In this document: positions 9,721 to 17,855 of the stretch, piece after piece
Position numbering within the stretch: position 1 is the stretch's first letter
Layout: each line of letters opens with the position of its first letter
Assembly: GCA_947473125.1 (NCBI GenBank)
Contig: CANJDH010000014.1
Span: forward strand, 470-64,469
DNA from: Burkholderiales bacterium
GTDB taxonomy: Bacteria > Pseudomonadota > Gammaproteobacteria > Burkholderiales > JAEUOS01
Length of the DNA stretch: 64,000 nt
Direction of reading: 5' to 3'
Program-made: the position numbers and the translations under genes
Notes under the pieces: generated by a model
Told to the model about the DNA's origin: nothing
Seen by the model: only the letters and a program-made list of their open reading frames with translations
Database searches by the model: none

Positions 9721-11036
9721 GTACCCTGCAAATCGCCATGGCCCTGTTTGCCGGCATGCTGGTGCTGATGGCGCTGCGCGTGCCGATCGCAATGTCGATG
9801 TTCATTCCGGGTGCGATCGGCTACTGGGCCATCGGCGGTGAAGCCGCCCTGTTCAACCAGTTGAAGGGCATGACCTACGCGCGGCTGTCGGTATATGACC
9901 TGTCGGTGATTCCGCTATTTATCCTGATGGGCCAGTTCGCCACCCAGGGCGGGTTGTCGGCGGCGCTATTCAAGTTTGCCAATTCGCTGGTCGGGCATTT
10001 CAAGGGCGGCATGGCGATGGCGGCGATCCTGGCCTGCGCGGCATTCGGCTCGGTGTGCGGCTCCTCTGTGGCGACCGCGGCGACTGTCGCCCAGGTCGCG
10101 CTGCCGGAGATGAATCGCTATGGCTATTCCGGCCGACTCTCTACCGCTACTCTCGCGGTGGGTGGCACGCTCGGCATCCTGGTGCCGCCGTCGGTGCCGC
10201 TGGTGATCTACGCGATTCTTGCCGAACAGAACATCGCCAAGCTGTTTGCCGCGGCTTTCATCCCGGCAATCATCGCGACCATCGGCTACTGCGCGGCCAT
10301 CGCCATCGTTGTGGCACGCCGCCCGGAACTGGGCCCCGCGCAACCCAAGGCGAGCTGGAACGAGCGCGGCCGCCTGCTGATCGGCATTTGGCCGGTGGTG
10401 GCGATTTTCATCATTGTGTTCGGCGGCATTTACGACGGTTTTTTCACCCCGACCGAAGGCGCAGCCGTGGGTGCGACCTCGACGTTTGTCGCCGCTGCGG
10501 CCAAGGGTGAGTTGAGCTTCGAGGCGTTTCGCCGTTCGTTTCTGGCAACCGCCGAAACCACCGGCATGATCTTCATGATCTTTCTCGGTGCCGACATGCT
10601 CAACTCGGCGCTGGCGCTGTCGCAAATGCCGGCACAGGTGGCGCAGTTCGTCTCGGGCCTGCAGGTGGCGCCGATCCTGATCGTGATCGGCATCCTGATG
10701 TTCTACATCGTCCTGGGGGCGGTGATGGACGAACTGTCGATGCTGGTGCTGACGATCCCGGTGCTGTTCCCGGCGGTGATGGCGCTGGACCTCGGCCTGC
10801 CGCCGGCGGAAAAGGCGATCTGGTTCGGCATCCTGGTGCTGATGACGGTGGAATTCGGCCTGGTGGCGCCGCCAGTGGGGCTCAATGTCTACGTGATCAA
10901 CAGCCTTGCCCGCGACGTGCCGATGAGCGAGACCTACAAAGGGGTGATGCCGTTCCTTGCATCAGACCTGATCCGCCTGGCTTTTCTGATCGGCTTTCCC
11001 GGGATTACACTCTACCTCGTGCGAATGATGAACTAG
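9717..11036 (+). CDS. dctM: TRAP transporter large permease subunit
   Basis: 439-aa polytopic protein with typical DctM sequence (SVCGSSVATAATV..., GILVPPSVPLVIY). Confidence 0.9.
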   Translation: MSTLQIAMALFAGMLVLMALRVPIAMSMFIPGAIGYWAIGGEAALFNQLKGMTYARLSVYDLSVIPLFILMGQFATQGGLSAALFKFANSLVGHFKGGMAMAAILACAAFGSVCGSSVATAATVAQVALPEMNRYGYSGRLSTATLAVGGTLGILVPPSVPLVIYAILAEQNIAKLFAAAFIPAIIATIGYCAAIAIVVARRPELGPAQPKASWNERGRLLIGIWPVVAIFIIVFGGIYDGFFTPTEGAAVGATSTFVAAAAKGELSFEAFRRSFLATAETTGMIFMIFLGADMLNSALALSQMPAQVAQFVSGLQVAPILIVIGILMFYIVLGAVMDELSMLVLTIPVLFPAVMALDLGLPPAEKAIWFGILVLMTVEFGLVAPPVGLNVYVINSLARDVPMSETYKGVMPFLASDLIRLAFLIGFPGITLYLVRMMN

Positions 11037-11065
11037 CGCCGAACTGGCGCTTCTGGAGGCCTGAC

Positions 11066-12139
11066 ATGGAAATGAAAAGTGGTGAAGTGGTGCGCAATGC
11101 GCAGGAGCGGCAGGATTTTTACGGCCGCATCAACCCGCACAACCTCGCGCCCCTGTGGGAAGTGTTGAAGGGCATCGTACCGGCCCAACCCAAGCCCGAG
11201 ATGGTGCCCTACGTCTGGGATTTCGACGCGCTGAAAAAATTCGTGCTCGAATCCGGCGGCCTGTTGACGGCGGAGGAAGCCGAACGCCGCGTGCTGGTGC
11301 TGGAGAATCCGACCCTGCGCGGCAAATCGCTGATCACCGACGTGCTCTACGGCGGCTGGCAGCTGATCATGCCCGGCGAGGTGGCCCCGGCGCACCGCCA
11401 CTCGCAGTCGGCGCTGCGCTACGTGCTCGAAGGCGAGGGCGCCTACACGGCGGTGCATGGCGAGAAGACCAGCATGAAGCCCGGCGATTTCGTGATCACG
11501 CCGGCCTGGACCTGGCACGACCACGGCAACGAAACCGACCAGCCGATGATCTGGCTCGACGTGCTCGACGTGTCGATCGTCGCGCACTTTCGCGGCCAGT
11601 TTCGCGAGGAGTGGACCGACAAGCGCTTCCCGGTGAGCCGTCCCGAGGGCGATGCCCTGACGCGTTACGGCTCGGGCCTGATGCCGATCGACTACAAGCC
11701 GGCGGCGGATTCGCAGCTCACCTCGCCGGTATTCAACTACCCCTACGAGCGCACCCGCGAAGTGATGTACCGGCTGTCGCGCACCGGCGAGGCCGACCCG
11801 CACCATGGCTACAAGCTGCGCTATGTGAACCCGGTGGACGGCGGCTGGGCCATGCCCACCATTGCCACCTGGATGCAGTGGCTGCCCAAGGGTTTCAATA
11901 CGCAATCATGGCAGTGCACCGACGGCCTCGGTTTTGTGTGCAAGGAAGGTCGCGGCGAAACCCGCGTCACCATGCCGGACGGCAGCCAAACCGTACTTAC
12001 CTGGAAGGCCAATGACACCTTTGTCGTGCCCGGATGGGCCAGGCACACGCACCACGCCAGCGAAGAGACCGTGCTGTTCGGCTTCTCGGATCGTTCGGCG
12101 CAGGAAAAGCTCGGCCTGTGGCGCGAGAAAAAACACTAG
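11066..12139 (+). CDS. Gentisate 1,2-dioxygenase (bicupin)
   Basis: 357 aa. NLAPLWEVL N-terminal motif and cupin metal site HRHSQSALRYVLEGEG typical of gentisate 1,2-dioxygenases. Rho-independent terminator follows. Confidence 0.8.
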   Translation: MEMKSGEVVRNAQERQDFYGRINPHNLAPLWEVLKGIVPAQPKPEMVPYVWDFDALKKFVLESGGLLTAEEAERRVLVLENPTLRGKSLITDVLYGGWQLIMPGEVAPAHRHSQSALRYVLEGEGAYTAVHGEKTSMKPGDFVITPAWTWHDHGNETDQPMIWLDVLDVSIVAHFRGQFREEWTDKRFPVSRPEGDALTRYGSGLMPIDYKPAADSQLTSPVFNYPYERTREVMYRLSRTGEADPHHGYKLRYVNPVDGGWAMPTIATWMQWLPKGFNTQSWQCTDGLGFVCKEGRGETRVTMPDGSQTVLTWKANDTFVVPGWARHTHHASEETVLFGFSDRSAQEKLGLWREKKH

Positions 12140-12160
12140 ACGATGCGGCAGGCGGACGTA

Positions 12161-12186
12161 AAAAAGGGGCCGCGGGCCCCTTTTTT
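12161..12186. terminator. Bidirectional rho-independent terminator between gentisate dioxygenase and metE-like paralogue 2
   Basis: AAAAA-GGGGCC-gcg-GGCCCC-TTTTTT. Confidence 0.75.
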
Positions 12187-12200
12187 ATTCCGCACGACAA

Positions 12201-12250
12201 CGATTTCAACCGATTTCAACCGGCTTCTACCGGCACCAACCGATATCAAG
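12201..12250. repeat. Five tandem degenerate 10-bp units (CGATTTCAAC x2, CGGCTTCTAC, CGGCACCAAC, CGATATCAAG)
   Basis: Read directly. Helical-repeat periodicity. The last unit overlaps the stop codon of metE-like paralogue 2. Confidence 0.8.
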
Positions 12251-13367
12251 TGCCCCACACCTCCTGCGCCGTTTCGATCACCAGGCGCAGCTTGTTGCGT
12301 TGCGCTTCGACCGCAATGTTATTGCCGTGCACGGTGCTGGAAAAGCCGCACTGCGGCGACAGCGCCAGTTGCTCCAGCGGTGCGTATTTGGCGGCTTCCT
12401 CGATGCGGCGTTTGAGCGAATCCTTCGATTCCATCTGGTCGAACTTGGTCGTCACCAGGCCCAGCACCACGGTCTTGCCTTTGGGCAAGAAGCGCAGCGG
12501 CCGGAAATCGCCTGAGCGATCATCGTCGTATTCAAGGAAGTAGGCGTCGAGGTCCATTTCCGCGAGGAGCGCTTCGGCCACCGGCTCGTAGTTGCCCGAC
12601 GCCGCGTGGGTGCTTTTGAAGTTGCCGCGGCACAGGTGCATGGCCAGCGTCATGCCGGCAGGTTTTTGCGCCACCACCTTGTTGATGAAGGTCGCATAGC
12701 GGTGCGGCAACTGGTCGGGGTCGTCGCCGCGCTGGCGCGCCGCTTCGCGCATGCGCGGGTCGCACAGGTAGGCGAGGTTGGTGTCGTCCATCTGCACGTA
12801 GGTGCAGCCGGCGGCGGCCAGCGAGCGCAGTTCGTCGCCGTAGGCCTTGGCCACATCGTCGTAAAACGCCGGATCAAGCTCGGGATAGTGTTGCTTGCTG
12901 ATGGCGGCGCGTCCGCCGCGAAAGTGCAGCATGGTCGGCGAAGGAATCGTCACCTTGGGCGTATGGCCGGGCGTGACCTTGCTCTTCAGGTACTGGAAAT
13001 CGGCCAGCTGAATGTCTTTGGCGTGGTGCACCTTGCCCACCACCTTCATCACGGGCGGCGCTAGCTCCTGGGTGCCGTCGGCCTTGATGACCGTGACCGG
13101 AATGTCGCACTGCACGCCGCCCAGCTGCTCGAGGAAGTCGATATGGAAATAGGTGCGGCGAAACTCGCCGTCGGTAATGCTTTTGAGACCCACCGATTCC
13201 TGGAACGCGATGATCTCGGCAATCGCCTTGTCTTCCACGGCGCGCAGCTCGGCGGCGGTGATGGTGCCCTTGGCGTTTTGCTCGCGCGCGTCGAGCAGGT
13301 ATTTGGGACGCAGGAAGCTGCCGACATGGTCGTAGCGTGCGGGCAGGGGAAAGGTGGCGCTGGACAT
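12246..13367 (-). CDS. Core MetE-like protein (cobalamin-independent methionine synthase C-terminal-domain family), paralogue 2
   Basis: 373 aa, collinear homology to 7231..8337 along its whole length. Same Zn motifs MHLCRGN, LEYD, PQCGF. Confidence 0.8.
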   Translation of the reverse strand: MSSATFPLPARYDHVGSFLRPKYLLDAREQNAKGTITAAELRAVEDKAIAEIIAFQESVGLKSITDGEFRRTYFHIDFLEQLGGVQCDIPVTVIKADGTQELAPPVMKVVGKVHHAKDIQLADFQYLKSKVTPGHTPKVTIPSPTMLHFRGGRAAISKQHYPELDPAFYDDVAKAYGDELRSLAAAGCTYVQMDDTNLAYLCDPRMREAARQRGDDPDQLPHRYATFINKVVAQKPAGMTLAMHLCRGNFKSTHAASGNYEPVAEALLAEMDLDAYFLEYDDDRSGDFRPLRFLPKGKTVVLGLVTTKFDQMESKDSLKRRIEEAAKYAPLEQLALSPQCGFSSTVHGNNIAVEAQRNKLRLVIETAQEVWGT

Positions 13368-13538
13368 GGCTGAAATCTCCTCGGAGGGTCTTGGTGGTGG
13401 CGCGGCTGTTGGTGCAGCCGATGGTGCGGCCGATGGCGCGGCAACGAAGCGGCACGGATTATCCCATTGCTTGACGGTGCGCCGGACCGGCCGATGACGC
13501 AGGGCGGATCAAGCACGCTCACCGGTACACTATCGCCC

Positions 13539-15002
13539 ATGGCCGACAAGGAACCCCTGCGCGTCGTAGTGGCGGATGACGAGGAACTGGGCCGCGAGCA
13601 TTTGCGCGCCTATATCAATGCCCTGAATCGCGACGGCGATCAAATCGAATTGGTGGGTACCGCCGCTGATGGCCGTGAGGCGGTCGAAGTGGTGTGCCGC
13701 GAGCACCCCGATGTGCTCTTCCTGGATGTGAGCATGCCCGACCTGGATGGTTTTGGGGTGGTTGCCGAACTGGTCGCCAAGCTGCCTGAGCGCCTGCCGC
13801 AAATCGTGTTTGTGACGGCCTACGACGAGCACGCGGTACGCGCCTTTGACCTCGATGCCCTCGATTTCATCCAGAAGCCGCTGTCGCGTGAACGTTTCGC
13901 GCAGGCGGTGGCGCGCGCCCGGGTGGCTATCGCCCAGCGCCGCCAGGGTGAACTGCACGCCAAGCTGCTCGCCTGGGTGGCGGCCAAAGCGAAACCGGCG
14001 CCGGCCGCACGGCACACCATCGACAACGGCTATGCCGAGTTGAAACGGCAGGCGCGCCTCATGGACGGGCAAGAGGGCGCGATCCCGGTCGGTTACCTGC
14101 TCCATGAGTACCGCATCGAACGCGTGCTTGGTGTCGGCGGCTTCGGCATGACCTACCTTGCCGATGACACCAACCTGCAAACCAGGGTCGCGATCAAGGA
14201 ATACCTGCCGCGCGATCTCGCGTTGCGCGACGACAAGTCGGCCGCGGTACACCCACGTGGCGAGGTGCAACGCGAAAGCTACCAGCGCGGCCTCGAGCGT
14301 TTCCTGCTCGAGTCGCGCACCCTGGCTGCGTTCCGGCATCCCAATATCGTGCGCGTCAACCGCTTTTTCGAGGACAACAACACCGCTTACATGGTGATGG
14401 ATTACGAGCTCGGAGCCGGGCTCGACGTGTGGATGAAAGGGCGCCTCGCTGACGGCCTGCCGGCCCCGGATGAAAAATCGCTGATCCGCATGTTCGTGCC
14501 GCTGCTGCAGGGAGTCGAGCGCGTCCACGAGGCCGGTTTCCTGCATCGCGACATCAAGCCGGCCAACATTTACGTGCGCGATGCCGACGGTAGCCTGGTG
14601 CTGCTCGATTTCGGCGCGGCGCGCCAGACCAGCATGCTCGAAGCCGGCGGCATGACGTCGATCTTTTCACCGGGCTACTCGCCGTTCGAGCAATACCACC
14701 GCCACGGGCCGCAGGGCCCATGGTCTGACCTGTACGCGATGGGCAGCGTGTTGTACTGGTTTGTCACCGGGCAACGCCCGATCGATGCGGCAGCCCGGAT
14801 TCAGCGCGACCCGCTTGAACCGGCAGCCAGACTGGCGAAGGGGCGCTACAGCCAGGGCTTCCTGCAGGCGATCGACTGGGCGCTCACGCTTGACGAGAAA
14901 AGTCGCCCGCAAACCGTGGCCGCTTTCCTGCCGGCGCTGGCCGGCGAGAAGGGGGCGATGGGCTGGATCAAGAAAAAATGGGGCCGAGGCGTGCTTGGTT
15001 GA
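13539..15002 (+). CDS. Hybrid response-regulator receiver domain / Hanks-type Ser/Thr protein kinase
   Basis: REC: VVVADDEE, LFLDVSMPDLDG, VFVTAYD, FIQKP. Kinase: GVGGFGMTY, VAIKEY, HRDIKPANI, DFGAAR, SPGYSPFE. Start chosen at MADKEPLRVVV (13539); the track ORF begins at 13467. Confidence 0.8.
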   Translation: MADKEPLRVVVADDEELGREHLRAYINALNRDGDQIELVGTAADGREAVEVVCREHPDVLFLDVSMPDLDGFGVVAELVAKLPERLPQIVFVTAYDEHAVRAFDLDALDFIQKPLSRERFAQAVARARVAIAQRRQGELHAKLLAWVAAKAKPAPAARHTIDNGYAELKRQARLMDGQEGAIPVGYLLHEYRIERVLGVGGFGMTYLADDTNLQTRVAIKEYLPRDLALRDDKSAAVHPRGEVQRESYQRGLERFLLESRTLAAFRHPNIVRVNRFFEDNNTAYMVMDYELGAGLDVWMKGRLADGLPAPDEKSLIRMFVPLLQGVERVHEAGFLHRDIKPANIYVRDADGSLVLLDFGAARQTSMLEAGGMTSIFSPGYSPFEQYHRHGPQGPWSDLYAMGSVLYWFVTGQRPIDAAARIQRDPLEPAARLAKGRYSQGFLQAIDWALTLDEKSRPQTVAAFLPALAGEKGAMGWIKKKWGRGVLG

Positions 15003-15088
15003 GGCCGGGCCGATTCCCGCGTCGGCAATTCCTGGTGGACAATCCGGCTCATCTGATCGGATTCCGATTTCCCTGAAGCGAGGCTTGC

Positions 15089-16075
15089 ATGAAACGTCGT
15101 GAACTTCTTTTGTCGTCCCTGTCGGCATTGCCCCTCGGGCTGGCGCCGGTGCGCAAGGCTGCTGCACAAGCCAGCGGGTTTCCCGACCGGCCGGTAAAAA
15201 TTGTTGTGCCGTTTGGCGCCGGTGGGCTCGCCGACGTGACGTTCCGCATCGTCGCCGAAAAATTGTCCGGCCTGCTTGGCAAGCAGGTGGTGATCGAAAA
15301 CCTGCCGGGCGCGGGCGGCATTGCCGCGGGCAACGCGGTGGTGCGCGCCAAGCCCGATGGCCACACGCTGCTGGTGATTGCCAACGGTACGGCGATTACC
15401 AAGACGCTGTTCAAGAGCATGCCCTTCGATATCCAGAAAGACCTGGCGCCGGTATCGCTGGCGGCCTACTTCGACCTGGTGATCCTGGTCAAGGGCGAGG
15501 GCGGGCGCTACCGCACGCTCGGCGAACTGCTCGCCGCCGCACGCGCCAATCCCGGCAAGCTCAACTTCGGCACCATCTCGCCCGGCAGCACGCAAAACCT
15601 CTCGGCCGAACTGTTCAAGACCACCGCCAACCTGAACGTCACGATCGTGCCGTTCAAGACCACGCCTGAGGCCGGCACCGCCGTGATCGCCGGCGAGATC
15701 GACGCGGTGTTCGAATCCTACGCGGCGCTGAAATCGCTGATCGAGTCGGGCCGGCTGCGCGTGCTCGCCAGCACCAGCCCGAAGCGTACCGGCTACCTGC
15801 CGTTGGCACCGACCGCGCAGGAAGCCGGCGTGCCCGGTTATGAAGTGGTCGGCTGGAACGCGCTGGCCGCGCCGGCCGGTACGCCACCCGACGTGATCGC
15901 GTTGATCAACCGCCACATGAACACCATCGTGGCGATGCCCGATGTGCAAAAACGCTTCATCGAACTGGGCCTCGATGCCTACGCCGGCACGCCGGAAGAA
16001 TTGCGCACGCGGCTCAATGGCGACATTGCCAAATGGGCCGCAGTGATCAAACAGGCGGGGATTCCCCAGCAATGA
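15089..16075 (+). CDS. Bug-family tripartite tricarboxylate transporter substrate-binding protein (TctC)
   Basis: 328 aa, signal peptide, FPDRPVKIVVPFGAGG and GTISPGST motifs typical of Bug/TctC receptors. Confidence 0.9.
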   Translation: MKRRELLLSSLSALPLGLAPVRKAAAQASGFPDRPVKIVVPFGAGGLADVTFRIVAEKLSGLLGKQVVIENLPGAGGIAAGNAVVRAKPDGHTLLVIANGTAITKTLFKSMPFDIQKDLAPVSLAAYFDLVILVKGEGGRYRTLGELLAAARANPGKLNFGTISPGSTQNLSAELFKTTANLNVTIVPFKTTPEAGTAVIAGEIDAVFESYAALKSLIESGRLRVLASTSPKRTGYLPLAPTAQEAGVPGYEVVGWNALAAPAGTPPDVIALINRHMNTIVAMPDVQKRFIELGLDAYAGTPEELRTRLNGDIAKWAAVIKQAGIPQQ

Positions 16076-16905
16076 GCCCAGCCATGAGCAATACAACGAA
16101 ACCGGCCGACGGCATGCTGATGGTCGATACCCATGCGCATATCTGGCTCAAGGGCATGCCCTTGATGGCCAATCCGCGCCACAAGCTCGACTATGACTTT
16201 TCGGTGGAGCAGTACCTGAAGGTGCTCGACGATCACGGCGTGCAGTTTGCCGTGATCGCCGCCGCCAGCCCGTTCGGCGACTACAACGACTACACCATCA
16301 ACTCGGTGCGCGCCAACCCGCGCCTGCGCGGCACCGTCATCCTGGAACCGAACGTCGACCAGTACCAGCTGGCGCAAATGAACCGCGACGGCATCGTTGG
16401 CGTGCGCCTCCCCTTCATCAACATGGTGACCCTGCCCGACCTCACCACGTTCGAATACCGCCGCACGCTGCGCCGCTATGCCGACCTCGACTGGCACGTG
16501 CACCTGCACCTCGACGGCCCGCGCATTCCGCAGGTGCTGCCGGCGCTCGAAGCCTCCGGCGTGAAGATCGTGATTGACCATTTCGGCAGGCCCGATCCCG
16601 CACTCGGTGTCAATTGCGAAGGCTTCAAGATGATGCTGCGCGCCATCGAAAAAGGGCGCACCTGGGTCAAGGTATCGGCCGCGTACCGACTCGGCGAAGA
16701 GTTGGGTGCAATCTATGGCCGCGAACTGCTCAGACAGGTGGGGCCGGACCGCCTGCTGTGGGCCAGTGATTGCCCGTTCGCCGGGTTCGAAGGCAAGTTT
16801 GCGTTTCAGCAGACCATCGACGCGGTGCTGGCGTGGGCGCCGCAGGGTGTGGCGCGCCACAACATCTTTGGCGGCAACGCCTTGAAACTGTATTTTTCGC
16901 AGTAG
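16072..16905 (+). CDS. Amidohydrolase-2 family protein (LigI/lactonase-like)
   Basis: ATGA overlap with the tctC stop at 16072. VDTHAHIW metal site, DHFG, WASDCPF motifs of the COG3618-type amidohydrolase fold. An alternative start is at 16084. Confidence 0.8.
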   Translation: MSPAMSNTTKPADGMLMVDTHAHIWLKGMPLMANPRHKLDYDFSVEQYLKVLDDHGVQFAVIAAASPFGDYNDYTINSVRANPRLRGTVILEPNVDQYQLAQMNRDGIVGVRLPFINMVTLPDLTTFEYRRTLRRYADLDWHVHLHLDGPRIPQVLPALEASGVKIVIDHFGRPDPALGVNCEGFKMMLRAIEKGRTWVKVSAAYRLGEELGAIYGRELLRQVGPDRLLWASDCPFAGFEGKFAFQQTIDAVLAWAPQGVARHNIFGGNALKLYFSQ

Positions 16906-17053
16906 CTCCGACGCTGGTCAACGTCGAATCTGTATTTTTCGACATGCCATAGCCCCAAGAGGCGCATGAGTAGTCATTCTGCGAGGTATGATGGCGTAAG
17001 AATGGCTCTGGGAGCGGATCTTGGCGATGGTCTTTTTGACCACCGCTTTGTCG

Positions 17054-17653
17054 TCAGCGTTTCTTGCCAGCGCGCGCGCCCTTGGGTTTTTTGTCCATGT
17101 CTTCATGGGTGACGAACCCGATAGGCCGCTTGGGCGGGTCGGGCGGGGTCATCAGGTCGCGCAGAGCATCGAAGATCTGCTTGATCTGGATGCGGGTATT
17201 GTCGCTGAAGGAATCGTGGCGCATCGACAGGGTCTCGGTCTTTTGTTCAAGGTCATTGAGCCGCTGCGCCAGATCGCCGTGGGTGGCGGCGAGCGCGCGC
17301 ACGCGCACGAAAGTGCGCATGATCTCGATGTTGATGGCGATGGCGTGCGGGCTACCGAGCACGGAGGAGAGCATCGCCACGCCTTGTTCGGTAAAAGCGT
17401 AAGGCGCGGTGCGGCGGCCGCCGCGGCCGGTGTTTGAGGTCACAAATTGTGACCTCAAAGAGCCGAACTCGGTAGCCGAGAGCTGGAACATGAAATCGGC
17501 AGGGAAGCGAGCAAGGTTGCGCTTGACCGCCTGTACCAACACTTTGGTCTGCACCCCGTAGAGCACCGCCAGATCAGCATCGAGCATCACGCGCTGCTCG
17601 CGCAGCGCCAGGATGCGGCTCTCGATATGCGGCTGCAGGGCGGGTGTGCTCAA
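17054..17653 (-). CDS. ORF6N-domain (KilA-N-related) DNA-binding protein
   Basis: N-terminus REQRVMLDADLAVLYGVQTKVLVQAVKRNLARFPADFMFQL and YAFTEQGVAMLSSVL are typical of ORF6N proteins of phages and mobile elements. AT-richer flanks. Lysine-rich tail. Confidence 0.75.
   Translation of the reverse strand: MSTPALQPHIESRILALREQRVMLDADLAVLYGVQTKVLVQAVKRNLARFPADFMFQLSATEFGSLRSQFVTSNTGRGGRRTAPYAFTEQGVAMLSSVLGSPHAIAINIEIMRTFVRVRALAATHGDLAQRLNDLEQKTETLSMRHDSFSDNTRIQIKQIFDALRDLMTPPDPPKRPIGFVTHEDMDKKPKGARAGKKR
17433..17459. repeat. Perfect 27-bp palindrome TTTGAGGTCACAA-A-TTGTGACCTCAAA inside the ORF6N CDS
   Basis: 13-bp arms with a 1-nt centre, read directly. It encodes LRSQFVTSN on the minus strand. 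Confidence 0.95.
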
Positions 17654-17855
17654 CGCGCCGTTTTCATTGATCCAAATAGAAAGCTGAGTATATATACATT
17701 ATTCGTCTTTCGCAATTTGGTGTTGACCCCCGGCGCGCGGGTGAGCTTCAGCCGCCCGACCCCATGCTCGACGGTCTGTCTGCCTGGTGTCATGGCCTCG
17801 GGGGCGCGCTCCAGCCGTTCTTGACCAACATCCAGTATTCATTGTCGAGCGTCGC

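Noticed and set aside
12201-12250. Tandem 10-bp repeats considered as a possible CRISPR or minisatellite
   Set aside because: The units are contiguous with no spacers, only 10 bp long and degenerate, so this is not a CRISPR array. It is kept only as a simple phased repeat.
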